A stretch of 30,695 nucleotides of DNA from contig KZ538245.1 of NCBI GenBank assembly GCA_000934665.2, positions 62,001 through 92,695 of the forward strand, written 5' to 3'. The notes beneath the pieces were generated by a model. That model was not told where the DNA came from. It saw only the letters and a list, made by a program, of their open reading frames with translations, and did not search any database. Below, piece by piece: positions 1 through 11,344 of the stretch (position 1 is the first letter of the stretch; each line of letters opens with the position of its first letter). The position numbers were made by a program, and so were the translations under genes. The DNA comes from Catajapyx aquilonaris (Eukaryota).

Positions 1-163
1 CATGCTTATTGTATAATTAATTTTCTTTATCAATTAATGAAACTACCCCCGCAATTAAGGCCAGTAAATAAGGCAATGTAGGCGCAGCAAGCGTAACAAA
101 AAGTGATATGGACACTAATGTCAAAACCGCTTGCCGCACCGAGGCTACTCTTCCCCACCAGAA

Positions 164-3100
164 CTACCGGACTGTCCCAAAATAGTACGGACAAGGCCAG
201 TGAAGAAGTGGGGGTGTCATCCTGAACAAAAAAGATCAAAGTACGTCAACCGCACAAGGAATCCATTCGTTAATCAAGAAAACCCGCAATTAAAAAAAAA
301 CCAACATTAATTACCGGATCAATATGTACAGTAATTAGGAAAATATGTACAGTAATTAGGTACATATCTTTAAAAAAAAATTATGGGCCTACATAAAAAT
401 AAGAGTAAATTTTGGAACGTTTTTTTCTTTAGTTGGAATGGTTATGTAGATTTTGACTAGAGGGGGGCGACCCAGCCCCGCCTGTTTCTATGCTTCCATA
501 TTGCGGCCCAGGGGTCGTCCGCCCCTGGTTCCGCCCACGGGCAGGGGTTGCGGGCATTAAGAAAGGGTGAAAATCCGGGCCGGCCGGCGGAGGGGAACGG
601 AGGAGAAGGCCTCACCTCCTTCCATGGCTGAAATCCACGCCATCAAACAGGGTGCGCAGATCAGGAGGACACGTCACGGGGCACGAAAACTTGGCATGAA
701 ATCTTTTATTAAATGGATCGTGCCAAAATAAATTGTATATTATTTTATTTATGATAAAACCTGTTATCTTATTTAAGTGAGTGGATTTCGCAGTGTCATG
801 CAAGGTCTGGCAACATTGGGGGGAGGGTGACGTCACGTTCGGCGCGGGCTGATTGAAAATCATGTTGTTGTTTTTTGATCATGTGTTTTTTAAAATGAGG
901 CTCAGACGCGTTCGGGACGCGATTGAGGAGCGTCTTTCCATTACGGCCAGCGCACATACTACATAAGATGCGCAAACTTCTGTCGGCGCCTTTGATGTCC
1001 GCGTCTCTCTGTTTGGGCCCGTTGCCCAGGATGGCGGCCATTTTGAAGTGTGGGGAACGCCAACGAGTACAGGCAAAAATATGGTCCGCCATCTTTGATT
1101 CGCGCGTGTTCTTGCCGTGTAGTTGCCATGGCCGCCAAAACCATCAAAGATGGCGGACCATATTTTTGCCAGCACCATATATTTATACCTCGTTGGCGTT
1201 CCCCACACTTCAAAATGGCCGCCAGCCTTGGCAACGCCACAAACAGAGAGACGCGGAAATCGAATGTTTGCGCCGATTATATGCTCCCTGACCATGGTTT
1301 TAATCGACATTTCGCCCCTAATCTTGATCATGTTTAGTCTGCTGTCCGTTTCGTCCATCAGTCGCGATCACGTCTGAAACGCGTCTGTCATTTTTAAAGT
1401 GTGAAAGGCTTCACTTTAAAATTGCTAAAAACAAAGCGAATAAACAAACATAATATTAATTATGCACTTTAATGGATGGAATATGCTGTACCATGAAACA
1501 TGTCTGTAGAATAGTAGCTTTGTTCCGGAATTAAATGAAATAATTATAGCAAATAATGAGTAATAATGCCTAATAATAACTAATAGCAATATTGTACATA
1601 ATTATGTGATTATTATATACAATATTGTAGGCTACACACAATATTAATTATTGCGATATAACATTGTGATACATAGGCTTATTATTATTTTCATCATTGT
1701 ATTATTTTATTAGTATTCGTTTATCATCATCATCATCATCATCCTTATTAAGACAATAATAAACATGTCTGTAGAAGCTTTGGTCCGGAAACAAATAAAA
1801 TTGCAACAAAAAATTAACACGAAAAACATTTTTACTGCAACGTACATTATTATACTTATACCACTGTAATTGAGAGTTTGACATAATAAGAAGGTATTGC
1901 GTGTAATTATTGTTTTTATCGTTTTTATTTTTCGGGTACTGACACATACATCGACCTGCAATGTCAATTACACTCATTTTCTCGACATTGTTATTCTCAG
2001 AGCCAACCTTTTTTTAAAGGAGTGATTATGCATTTTTGAGTTCTTTTTTTGGCACACCTTAAAAATTACTTGGTTCAAATATCATGGCCGAAATGTATTT
2101 ATGCAAAAGGATGACTCTGTATAATTACACGCTGAAAACAAAAGGCTATAATAATATATGCAAAGAGCGCGCACTTTTCTAACGAGTATAGTTGAGAGAC
2201 CCAGCAGGCTATAAAGTGACAATAGCCATATAGACTGACAGGTTAATTGGTATATTGGCAATTACCTGTACCACCCTCTGACGGGCGTGACTAAACGAGA
2301 TTTCTCTAGCAGTTTCTCCAGTGTCTCGAAGACCTTCCTGGGTGGGCCCAGAGTCTCTTGCGTTGCTTCTCCGGCCGCCACCACCTTCAAGGCTTCCTCA
2401 ATCCTCTTCCGGTATGCGTCCACCAGAATACCTATCTCTTTTGTGTGGACAGGAACTGGCATGTTGTTCACTTCATCCTGTGGTCGAATAAGAATAAGGA
2501 AAGAAAAGAGAGTAGATAATAGAAAATGGCAAAACTTGAACTGTCCATATAGTATAATACGTGGCTCATAGATGGCGCATCGTCCCTCTCTGCACACTAC
2601 TGCCACACAGGACCGTGCGAGGGGTTGTCGTACTACTCTATACATTCACCTATGATTTTTTTAAAGAGAGCAACCGAGTGCGCACCCATAATTGCGCAGC
2701 TCCGACAACAACGTTGCCAAAGTTACTCCACAGGAGCCAATTCACACCCGTACATAAGAGGCGCAGACTTCTGTCGGCGGCTTTGATGTTCTCGCCTCTC
2801 TGTTTGGGGCCGTTGCCAAGGCTGGCGGCCATTTTGAAGTGTGGGTAACGCCAACGAGGTATAAATACGGTACAGGCAAAAACAGGGTCCGCCATCTTTG
2901 ATGGTTTTGGCGGTCATGGCAACTACACGGCAAGAATACGCGCGAATCAAAGATGGCGGACCATATTTTTGCCTGTGCCCTATTTATACCTCGTTGGCGT
3001 TGCACACACTTCAAAATGGCCGCCAGCCTTGGCAACGCCCCAAACAGAGAGACGCGAAAATGTTTGCGCCTCTTATGTAGTGTATGCTCCCTGCCCGTAG

Positions 3101-3659
3101 CCCCTTATGACAGGTTCGTACTGTACACTTTATTAGACTTTATTAGACTTATTAGACTTTATTAGACTCAATTAGCCTAATTAACGACGGACTGACCAGC
3201 ATATCTGCCACGTGCTGCTCCGACCTTAGAAGGTCCATGACAGCCCCTTGCAAGAAGAGCCCGTTTCTGATCCTGGCCGCAGCCCTGTTCAGGTATCCTT
3301 CAGTGTTGGCGATCAAACCCTTCAGACTCCTCTTGGTCAACTGGTGGTCATCTCCAGTATTTCCGATGACGATCGAGGACAGCTGAACGGACAAAAAAGA
3401 CCAGTCACGTCATAGTATAATATACAGTTGCAATTGAAATGAAATTGGTTAGCTATTTTTGACACTATATATAAAATAGTTGCTGCCATTTTCGGCCTAT
3501 GATATCTGTATAATCATCAGCACTCTAGCAATGTGAAAATTGGGAGTGTTGATAATATTGCACATACTGGCCTAAACTTTTCTTTTGACAGTTATGGATA
3601 TGATTAGTACTGACCTGCGCTAGTCCGACGCAGAGTAAAAGATGGCGACAACCTCCCAT
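164..3659 (-). CDS. Gene A: putative secreted protein of unknown family, 5 coding exons (3659-3615, 3382-3197, 2477-2266, 702-616, 221-164), ~195 aa
   Basis: All four introns are GT-AG and phase-compatible (0,0,2,2), giving MGGCRHLLLCVGLAQ|LSSIVIGNTGDDHQLTKRSLKG...VADML|DEVNNMPVP...RGWY(R)|FHAKFSCPVTCPP...SHGR(R)|MTPPLLHWPCPYYFGTVR*. The N-terminus is signal-peptide-like. The acceptor at 703 is a weaker AAG. An acceptor at 3699-3701 implies a further upstream exon. Confidence 0.65.
319..361. repeat. Short direct tandem duplication (aatatgtacagtaattagg x2)
   Basis: Two copies ~22 bp apart, read directly. Confidence 0.8.
889..1398. mobile_element. Old degenerate inverted-repeat element hosting MITE-1 copy 1
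   Basis: Imperfect IRs: ttaaaatgaggctcagacgcgttcgggacgcgat (~890-923) and atcacgtctgaaacgcgtctgtcatttttaa (~1367-1397). Confidence 0.4.
948..1290. mobile_element. MITE-1 (foldback non-autonomous DNA transposon), copy 1
   Basis: Long palindromic arms ending ...atgctccctg; left terminus degenerate; homologous to six other copies in the window. Confidence 0.9.
2659..2750. mobile_element. MITE-2 fragment
   Basis: gcaaccgagtgcgcaccc...ccgacaacaacgttgccaaagtt, matching the copies at 10725 and 11090. Confidence 0.65.
2751..3093. mobile_element. MITE-1 copy 2 (left end truncated)
   Basis: Palindromic arms; right end ctccctg followed by cccgtag; left flank reads cccgta. Confidence 0.9.
3127..3168. 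repeat. ~10-bp tandem repeat (actttattag x4)
   Basis: Read directly. Confidence 0.85.
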
Positions 3660-4087
3660 GGGTGCTGGTGTGACAAGACTGCTGCTGTGTCCCCAGGTCT
3701 GCCGGCGACGAAATGTGGCCAAAAACGAATCAAAAAATGACGATATGGCGAAGAAGGGGGGGGGAAAAAAACATGGCGGATCGGCCTCCAGGATTGGCCC
3801 GAGTAACTCAGGAAGCGACGACACATTTCTTTTTGGAAGACGACCTTCCCCATCTTCTTATCAACAACCCTCTTTTCACTTTATAAGCGATAGAGGCCCA
3901 GAGCTCTGCACCAACAAGAGAAGATGATGATGATGGCGCGTGTCTCTGGGACTTCCTCGCAATTATTCAATCTTTTGCCCCCCACGCCACCCTCAAAGTC
4001 TCCTAAAATCAGAACAAAAGAAGGCCATTTTTATGATAAGAGTTAGCCAAGAAGTGGGAAGTTGTCTCGGGTATACTTTATCCAGGG

Positions 4088-4409
4088 CAGGGAGCATAAG
4101 AGGCTCAAACTTCGGTCAGCGACTTTGATTTCCCCGTCTCTCTGTTTGGGGCCGTTGCCAAGGCTGGCGGCCATTTTGAAGTGGGGGCAACGCCAACGAG
4201 GTATAAATAGGGTACAGGCAAAAATAGGGTCCGCCATCTTTGATGAACTACACGGCACGAATCAAAGATGGCGGACACTATTTTTTGCCTGTACCCTATT
4301 TATACCTCGTTGGCGTTGCCCCCACTTCAAAATGGCCGCCAGCCTTGGCAACGGCCCCAAACAGAGAGACGAATGTTGGCGCCTCTTATGTAGTACAATA
4401 TGCTCCCTG
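4088..4409. mobile_element. MITE-1 copy 3 with 7-bp TSD tccaggg
   Basis: cagggagcat...atgctccctg termini; tccaggg at 4081-4087 and 4410-4416; central deletion. Confidence 0.92.
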
Positions 4410-4930
4410 TCCAGGGGGGTAAGTTTGTTTTGGGTGGAAGTTATCCTGATGGAGTAAATATTATCAATATTATCAATCGGGTATAAGTTACGCTGGCGTA
4501 AGTTATACAACATTTGTACCACCGCGCTGACCACATGCTGTCAATCGACAGTGCAAATTGCTGGTATTGGTACTGTACAACCGGTACAACTCGCAAGAAC
4601 AGGATGCTTTGCATCATGTGAGCAATGCCATTATGTAAAGTTTTAAATTGAACAAATTATTCTTGGTGTCCAAGCAACAATTGCGACAATTGAGGTTTCT
4701 TTATAAGCAAGAACAAGGTGGATTTTTTTTTACACATCTTCAAGTGCCAGATTATAGACAACAAGATGGATCCCAAAAACGAGAAGCAGGATGCGGAATT
4801 TCCGTTCGTTATTGTGAAATACGAGCATGAAAGTATACAGACCGCATAGTGGAGAGCATGTTCAAAAAAAATAAGTGTAATAACGTATGTATACATTACT
4901 ATACATTGTGTAAACTCGATCTAATTGCAG

Positions 4931-6363
4931 TACAAATGGAGTTGCCACTCTCAGATGAAGATAATGACGAAGATGACGAAGTAGAAGACGACTCAGACGA
5001 AGACGAAGACGATGAAGAAGTGGAGTTGAAAATTAAACAAGGCACTTATTCCGATCTGGCGTAAGTTCATTTGCATCTTCATCATATAATATTTTTACAC
5101 AGCAACTGAAATTATTGCCAAATAAAAATGGAACACTGTACAATTATTATATAATTTGCGCAACTCCAGCTCGAGATTGCATGCTCTCGACCTGAAACTA
5201 CAGAAAGAGCAGCAAGTGACCACCAAACCGGTTAAGAGGCAAGTGTATTTTTCTGGCTGCCGTAATAATTATGCAGTGAATCATTGTCTACAATGGACTA
5301 CATCAATTTCGTAAGTATTTTAAATAATGTTCTGAACAATATGAGACATATAAATACACTGAAAATCCCTCGATCGGAGGGGAAAACATTCGTCGCTAGA
5401 AATCATAGTCACAATTATGAATATAACAGCTTATTTTAATAAAATATTAATTAATTTAACAAAAATTATGTTTTGCTTATTTCAAGCTGATTTTTAGGAG
5501 GAATAAGTTTGCCTCTTTATCCTGCTCAATGTGAACCCATAGTGCAACCCCATTATACTAATTTTGTATCCACAGGTTATATTCCAGGAGTGGTAAAGCA
5601 AAAAGGGGCAAACGCACTTCTACTAGTACCACCACATCACATCACATGGCACCCACAGTTTCAAGCATGAATAAGCAAACCCAGAAGGTGTTGGACAGTA
5701 AGTATCATCAGAATTACGCAGGATCATTTTTTTAAATCGACGCAAATTTTTCAGTTAAAGTTGTCAAAGTGCACCGAACTCAATATTATTCAGTGTCAGC
5801 TTTGACGTTTAAATAATGTTAATAAGTTTAATGGCGTCGATTTTTCTTGGGAGGAATCTATAATATTAAAATCCTTGCGGGAGTTGGGCGAGCCCTCTGA
5901 TTGGTCTGGCGCATATTGTTACCACCACCTCCCCATTGGCCCGCGTTCTACTCATGCGCAATGGGGTGTAAACAACTCCTGTTGGGTTGCCGGGGAAACT
6001 GTCCATTACCCGGCGATATGGTGCGCCGTATAGGTACCCCCAGGCCGTAGGCCTAGAAAAGAGCGAGCGTTTTCCTAGTCTTATATAAAAATATTGAATA
6101 CCTGTCAAGTAGATTTCATGATTATTATTATTATACTAATGAGCAATGTGGTCGCTTTCAGACGTTGCAAAGAAGGATTCCAGCAGGGTCTCCACCAGGG
6201 CATCTACAGCCAAATCAACAGGTAAGCTTACCTCGAACTATTATTTGTAAGTAGTCACGTGCTGTGATTGACAATTATTATTATTATTATTATTACAGCA
6301 ACGAATTCGTCGTATAAACGACAACCATCAAAAAAGGAAAAGGAGGAGAAAAAGTGGATTTGA
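4931..6363 (+). CDS. Gene B: partial multi-exon low-complexity protein (Asp/Glu tract, then Ser/Thr/Lys-rich tail); exons ~4931-5060, ~5170-5238, 5576-5697, 6161-6221, 6299-6363
   Basis: Strong gtaagt/gtaagc donors at 5061, 5311, 5698 and 6222 with polypyrimidine-cag acceptors. The last three exons join in phase (LYSRSGKAKRGK...VLD|NVAKKDSS...KST|ATNSSYKRQPSKKEKEEKKWI*). The 5' end and the small exon 5277-5310 could not be placed unambiguously. Confidence 0.45.
5857..6078 (+). mobile_element. Non-autonomous Helitron-like element (~222 bp) in an intron of gene B
   Basis: A|TCTATAATATT 5' end, CTAG|T 3' end, subterminal hairpin aggccgtaggcct (6042-6054), no TSD. Confidence 0.7.
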
Positions 6364-6993
6364 ATCATTGCCAAGAGGACATGTCCTGGCTGTTATTTAC
6401 TCTACCATAATTTTATACACAGTACTTAGGATGATACATTTTTATTGGTACTGCTTTTTAAAATAAATTGTGGTAATTTAAATAACGTTGTTTGCGACGT
6501 AGTTACGTTCATGACATAATATGAGGCGAAATAGATGCAATCTATGTGGTGAATAGTGCGCAATATCAGCTTAGATTTGGGTTGGGGGGGGGGGGGCTAT
6601 AGTTTGGAAGGTGGTTCCTGCTAATGCTCCATATCTGCACTTGTGCAATTTCCCTAGTCGAGGAAAGAGGAAACTGTGAATCTTCAGCTCTTATCAGAAT
6701 ACTTTGCTGGAGGACACACTCTTCTTCATTTTTTTTTTTTTTCCTTCGTCTTCTTCTCGTCCTTTTGGGAACCTCATGGTATCAACACCAAATGACGTCT
6801 TACGCCATGTCGTTATGTCGTCACGGCGTTTGCACTTGTAGCCTGAGGGGATGCAGGGCTCCTCCTAGAACCTGCTCTATTCATAGATTCCTTTCTATGA
6901 ACCCCCGGAACAACGTCCCTTTCTATAAAACACAATCTCCGGGTTATGCAACTTAATCACTTTGTGAATACAAAAAGTTCCAGAACCTTAGAC

Positions 6994-7109
6994 ACGTTGT
7001 AAACGCCGGCCATTTTTGTTCCCATAAGTGTAGCGTTGGAAATAAATGCAGCTCAGTACAGCAATCATCGATAATTCCAACCGTGCACTCTGCGCGAACT
7101 CGGTTGCGC
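6994..7109. mobile_element. MITE-2 fragment interrupted by MITE-1 copy 4
   Basis: ggccatttttgttccc...gtagcgttggaaata...ttccaaccgtgcactctgcgc, shared with other MITE-2 copies. Confidence 0.65.
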
Positions 7110-7592
7110 CAGCGAGCATATACTACATGAGAGGCGCAAACTTCGGTCGGCGCCTTTGATGTCCGCGTCTCTCTGTTTGGGGCCGCTGCCAAGGCTGGCG
7201 GACATTTTGAAAGGGGGGCAACACCTACGAGGTATAAATATAGGGTACAGGCACCCGTAAACGTCCGCCATCTTTGATGGTTTTGGCGGCCGTGGCACTA
7301 CACGGAAGAACACGCGCGAATTTGAATATTTTTGCCGTATGAGCTCCTTATTGCACTTTTCTACGTATTAATTCCGTTACGGCAAAAATATTCAGATTCG
7401 GGCGTGTTATTGCCGTGTAGTGCCATGGCAGCCAAATCCATCAAAGATGGCGGACTTTACGGGTGCCTGTACCCTATTTATACCTCGTTGGCATTGCTCC
7501 CGTTTCAAAATGGCCGCCAGCCTTGGCAACGGCCCCAAACAGAGAGACGCGCGAATCGCATGTTTGCGCCTGTAGTATAATTATGCTCCCTG
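7110..7592. mobile_element. MITE-1 copy 4, long fully symmetric variant with 7-bp TSD gttgcgc
   Basis: gttgcgc at 7103-7109 and 7593-7599; arms extend to gaatatttttgccgta / tacggcaaaaatattc around a ~40-bp loop. Confidence 0.92.
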
Positions 7593-7810
7593 GTTGCGCT
7601 ATAATGATTTCGTATAGTAAACAATGAGGTACAGTAACCATGGAACTATATGTGTAGGCATTGCAGGACAAGGTTCAGAACTGGTATATGGAATTTTGAG
7701 GTAAGATTACAGAGAGGGAATGCATCCATCACGATAATTAAAGCACCTAATTTTGCATCAAGAAATGCACTTATAGAGCACCTAGCCTAACCACCTAGCA
7801 CCTCATCAGG

Positions 7811-9986
7811 ATGAGCGCAGCACACACAGTCTGCATAACGACCCCTCGAGAGTACACCAGCTTGAAGCAAGAGCAGATAGCCGAAATGATGGACGAGGTG
7901 AACAAGAGCTTTGAGATCCGGCTGTGGAGGGTCGACGTCTGTCCAATCCGCAAGAGAGAATCTCTGAGGTACAACGTGTATGAGCAATGGGTGAACGAGC
8001 TGAGGAAACAGGTCGAGGCACTGCTCAAAAGCCTCTTCAGGATGAGGAGGTACGCCGAGGAGAAGATCAGTCGTTTGCAGAACGAGCTTCAAGTGGCCAA
8101 CAACGCCAGGTGCAAGTGCGACAATCAGAAACCCAAGATCCCAGCAACTACCCAGAAGCGTAAGGTCTATCACCACCAGGCCAATGGCACATGTAAGGTA
8201 AGGAGCCTCGTTACTGCGGATGAATTTGTTACGAGCACCAGCACACTCGCGCAGCATGCACAAAGATAGCAGGTAAGTATACTGTGCACTTACTTCCAAC
8301 GCTACACTTGGGAGGAAACAAAATGGGCTACGTTTGCGACGCTGCCAATCTCTCCAATGAGCCTCAGGCTCCTGGGAGTAATTCCTGCAACGTTGTAGTA
8401 GCAGCTGCGCAAGTGTGGGAGCGCACTCGGTTCTAATTACTATACATTTCCAGTGTGCCATGGACGAAAAATGCTGGAAGGAGATGCTCCGTGCTCACTG
8501 CGAAATTGAGTGTCCCGAAATGATGAAGAACCCTACATGGTAAACGACCCCATGAACCGTCACATATACCCACAGTAGCATATATAATCGCATCATTTCC
8601 AACTGTTCCAGCTTTCACGACTGCATGATATGTGTGCTGAAGAAGCTGGCGGCAGAGCAGGAGATAAGAGCCAAGTTGTCTGCAGAGGTCAGTCTGCTCA
8701 AAACCGCAAAGATTCATCTGCAACAGGAATTAGTGGCTAAGAACAGGTCAGAGATTGTGCCAGGTGGGGTGAGATTGTGCCAGAGCATTTTTTTTTTGGA
8801 GGGGACTACAGTTGCGTTCCTGCCTCTGCACCGATCTGTTTAGCCACAGTGACGTCAGACGATCCCGTATAATTAATATGATCTTTGATCGATTATTATA
8901 GCTCGAAAACCTGTACGTATTTCTTCAAACAAAATAATTATCTTTTTAAAAAAAACACGCTTTATGAGGTAGCGAACCCGATTCTGAGAGCCTGTCACTC
9001 CGCCGTCTGGCGTGGAGGTTGCGAACTCTCCCACTCACGTGACTACAACCGCTAGATGGCGTGGAAGTTGCGAACTCTCCCACTCACGTGACTACTACCG
9101 CTAGATGGCGTGGAAGTTGCGAACTCTCCCATTCACGTGACTACTACCGCTAGATGGCGTGGAAGTTGCGAAGTCACCCCCTAACGCGAATACCTACCGC
9201 TAGATGGTGCGGGAATGGCGAACTCGCTGCACGCGTACTCACACACATCCGTGACTGTGAAGCTAATATAAAGCGTGTAATAATAAAAACATCAAAATTC
9301 ATTTAAAAAATAATGACGAGGTTTTTACAAGAGATTGGAATACGTATAGGCTACCCATTAATGAATGGCATTTTTTCTGTCGGCAGCGAGATCGGAAAGT
9401 TGCAGATGAATCTGATTCAGATGAAGGACCGCTTCAAGGAGAGTTGCAACTGCGTGACAACTGTGAAGGAGACGCTTCAAGGGCACATCAGAAGGATACA
9501 GCGAGAGGATAGGCCCATCCAGAGAAGCCTGGACAAACTGGAGAAGATGAAGAGGCAGGTGCTCACGTGCTGCGGCAAGGCGAACCTGGATGACACGAAC
9601 ATGGTCATCATGCCTGCGACCAATGCAGCAAACAGACGGTGCAGGTCGGACATCAGCGTGTCGGTCATCCTCGAGGCGCACGGAAACAGGAAGAAGCTGG
9701 AGAGTGAGTACCAGTCCATCATGGATCGACTCAGCCGGTACGTCAGAAGGCCGGAACATTGCCCGTGCCCCGAAAAGACAAAGGTACGACTTTAGAGAGA
9801 GAGAGAAAAAAACCGTACCAACTTGACCCGTCACATTGTGTCCATCCTCTCTCACAGTCCGACGAGAGGGTGGCAGGTTTCATGATGGCAGCCGCTTGCA
9901 ACCCTGAAGCGTGCACCAAACACCGACGAAGGAAGAACAACGGAGCCAATGTCCCTGCTGGAGTAACATACTATCGCCCATTATAG
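7811..9986 (+). CDS. Gene C: Cys-containing coiled-coil protein, exons 7811-8197, 8454-8539, 8612-8746, 9387-9783, 9858-9986 (~377 aa; possible upstream exon 7658-7700)
   Basis: GT-AG introns with consistent phases (0,2,2,0), high GC3, heptad-like segments (WVNELRKQVEALLKSL, LSAEVSLLKTAKIHLQQEL, IQRSLDKLEKMKRQV), AATAAA at 10014-10019. Family not recognised. Confidence 0.75.
8270..8433. mobile_element. Degenerate MITE-2 fragment in an intron of gene C
   Basis: ttccaacgctacact...aaacaaaatgg...gcgcactcggtt, reverse orientation to the 10725 copy. Confidence 0.55.
8948..9283 (-). mobile_element. Putative non-autonomous Helentron/DINE-like element with internal 49-50-bp tandem array
   Basis: Perfect 11-bp subterminal IR acacgctttat (8955-8965) / ataaagcgtgt (9268-9278), A/T-run flanks, ~4.5 internal repeat units at 9010-9225. 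Confidence 0.5.
9049..9209 (+). promoter_or_regulatory. Array of four CTCF-consensus-like motifs with three CACGTG E-boxes
   Basis: ccgctagatggcg at 9049, 9098, 9147 and ccgctagatggtg at 9197; cacgtg at 9036, 9085, 9134. Motif match only; binding not shown. Confidence 0.4.
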
Positions 9987-10724
9987 TAGGCCTATACATC
10001 ATGGGAGTATATGAATAAAATTACCATGGGGTTAACATTTATTTGGGGGAGAATAATGCGCAATAAAAGCTATCAGTATACTATAACTTTTTTGCGTGCT
10101 TTTTTTGTGTCGACCTGAAACTTCATCCGATAGTTTCACCCTCTGACAGGTAGTGTCACAAGGACAAAGACGAAGCATCGAAACTTTTGGCATGTCCAAC
10201 AAGCGACTGGCAATTCGGTAGAGTGTGACACAACTTTTCACATCAGTAAATTTTTTCTCTTGTTAATTTAATATGAAATACGTGAGAAGCTATATAGTTT
10301 CTGGACTAAACTTTTTTTTGGCGTACAATAAACTTCTCTATGTATATAAAAAAAATCTAGGGTGCATGACCACAAAAACCTGCTGACAATACTCCGATAA
10401 ATCCTGCTCAGTATTACATATATTCTCAGGAGAATCCGAAGACGACGATGCAAAAAAAAAAAAATCCCCCAGCCCCCGCCCGCCCTCCAATTTAGTTTCG
10501 CAATTTCGACTCGGTCAGCCCTTTTTCGCGAATTCATTCAGTCCCTGCTTTACCTAGAAGTGAGTGGGTGCATCAACCCACATTTGAAACCTTTTATTGC
10601 GAATTTTGAGAAACTGTAAGGTGATCCTGCTGCGATCTGATAACATTTCAGCAGTACCAGTATAGCCTATAGAAAAGGGTGTTACGTAAAACTGCCCACT
10701 CTCAGAGTAGTATATGATATATAT

Positions 10725-11000
10725 TTTTTTACAAACGCAATCGAATGCGCACCCACATTCGCCAGTTCCGACAATAACGTTGCCAAAGTTACTTTCTAGG
10801 AGCTCCCCCCAAAAAATTATTCACACTCGTATGAGTCGTATCCTCTAAACAACGTCGCAAACGTCAGCCATTTTGTTCCCCCCCCCCTCCAAGAGTAGCG
10901 TTGGAAATAACAGTACACCCAGTATATACAAAGTATTGATATTTCCAACCGTGCACTCTGCGCTAATTCTGGTTGCGCACTCGGTTGCGTTCGTCAAAAC
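10725..11000. mobile_element. MITE-2, full-length copy
   Basis: ~26-bp TIRs: tttttacaaacgcaatcgaatgcgca / tgcgcactcggttgcgttcgtcaaaa. Confidence 0.75.
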
Positions 11001-11023
11001 TGACAGAGGCACAGACGCGGCTT

Positions 11024-11073
11024 ATGTCGGCATAATGTCGGCACAATGTCGGCACAATGTCGGCATAATGTCG
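11024..11073. repeat. 11-bp tandem repeat (atgtcggcaYa, ~4.5 units)
   Basis: Read directly; lies between two MITE-2 copies. Confidence 0.85.
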
Positions 11074-11089
11074 CCTCTATCGCTGATTT

Positions 11090-11344
11090 TTTTTTGTAAA
11101 CGAGCGCAACCGAGTGCGCACCTACACTCGCGCAAGTCCTTTGTTGCCAGTTACTTCCTCTCCCCCAAAAAATTATTCATACTCGTATCCTCTGAATAAC
11201 GTCATAAACGTCGGCCATTTTGTTCCTCCTGCCAAGCATAGCGTTGGAAATAAGTTCAGCTCAGTACACACCCACTATACATTGATAATTCCAGCAGTGC
11301 AAGCTGCGTGACTTCTGGTGCGCACTCGTTTGCGTTCGTAAAAA
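11090..11344. mobile_element. MITE-2, second full-length copy in direct tandem
   Basis: acgagcgcaaccgagtgcgca ... tgcgcactcgtttgcgttcgtaaaaa; internal homology to 10725-11000. Confidence 0.75.

Noticed and set aside
7787..9855. Long antisense ORFs (7787-8461, 9358-9855; likewise 24277-24735)
   Set aside because: Shadow frames of high-GC3 coding exons on the opposite strand.
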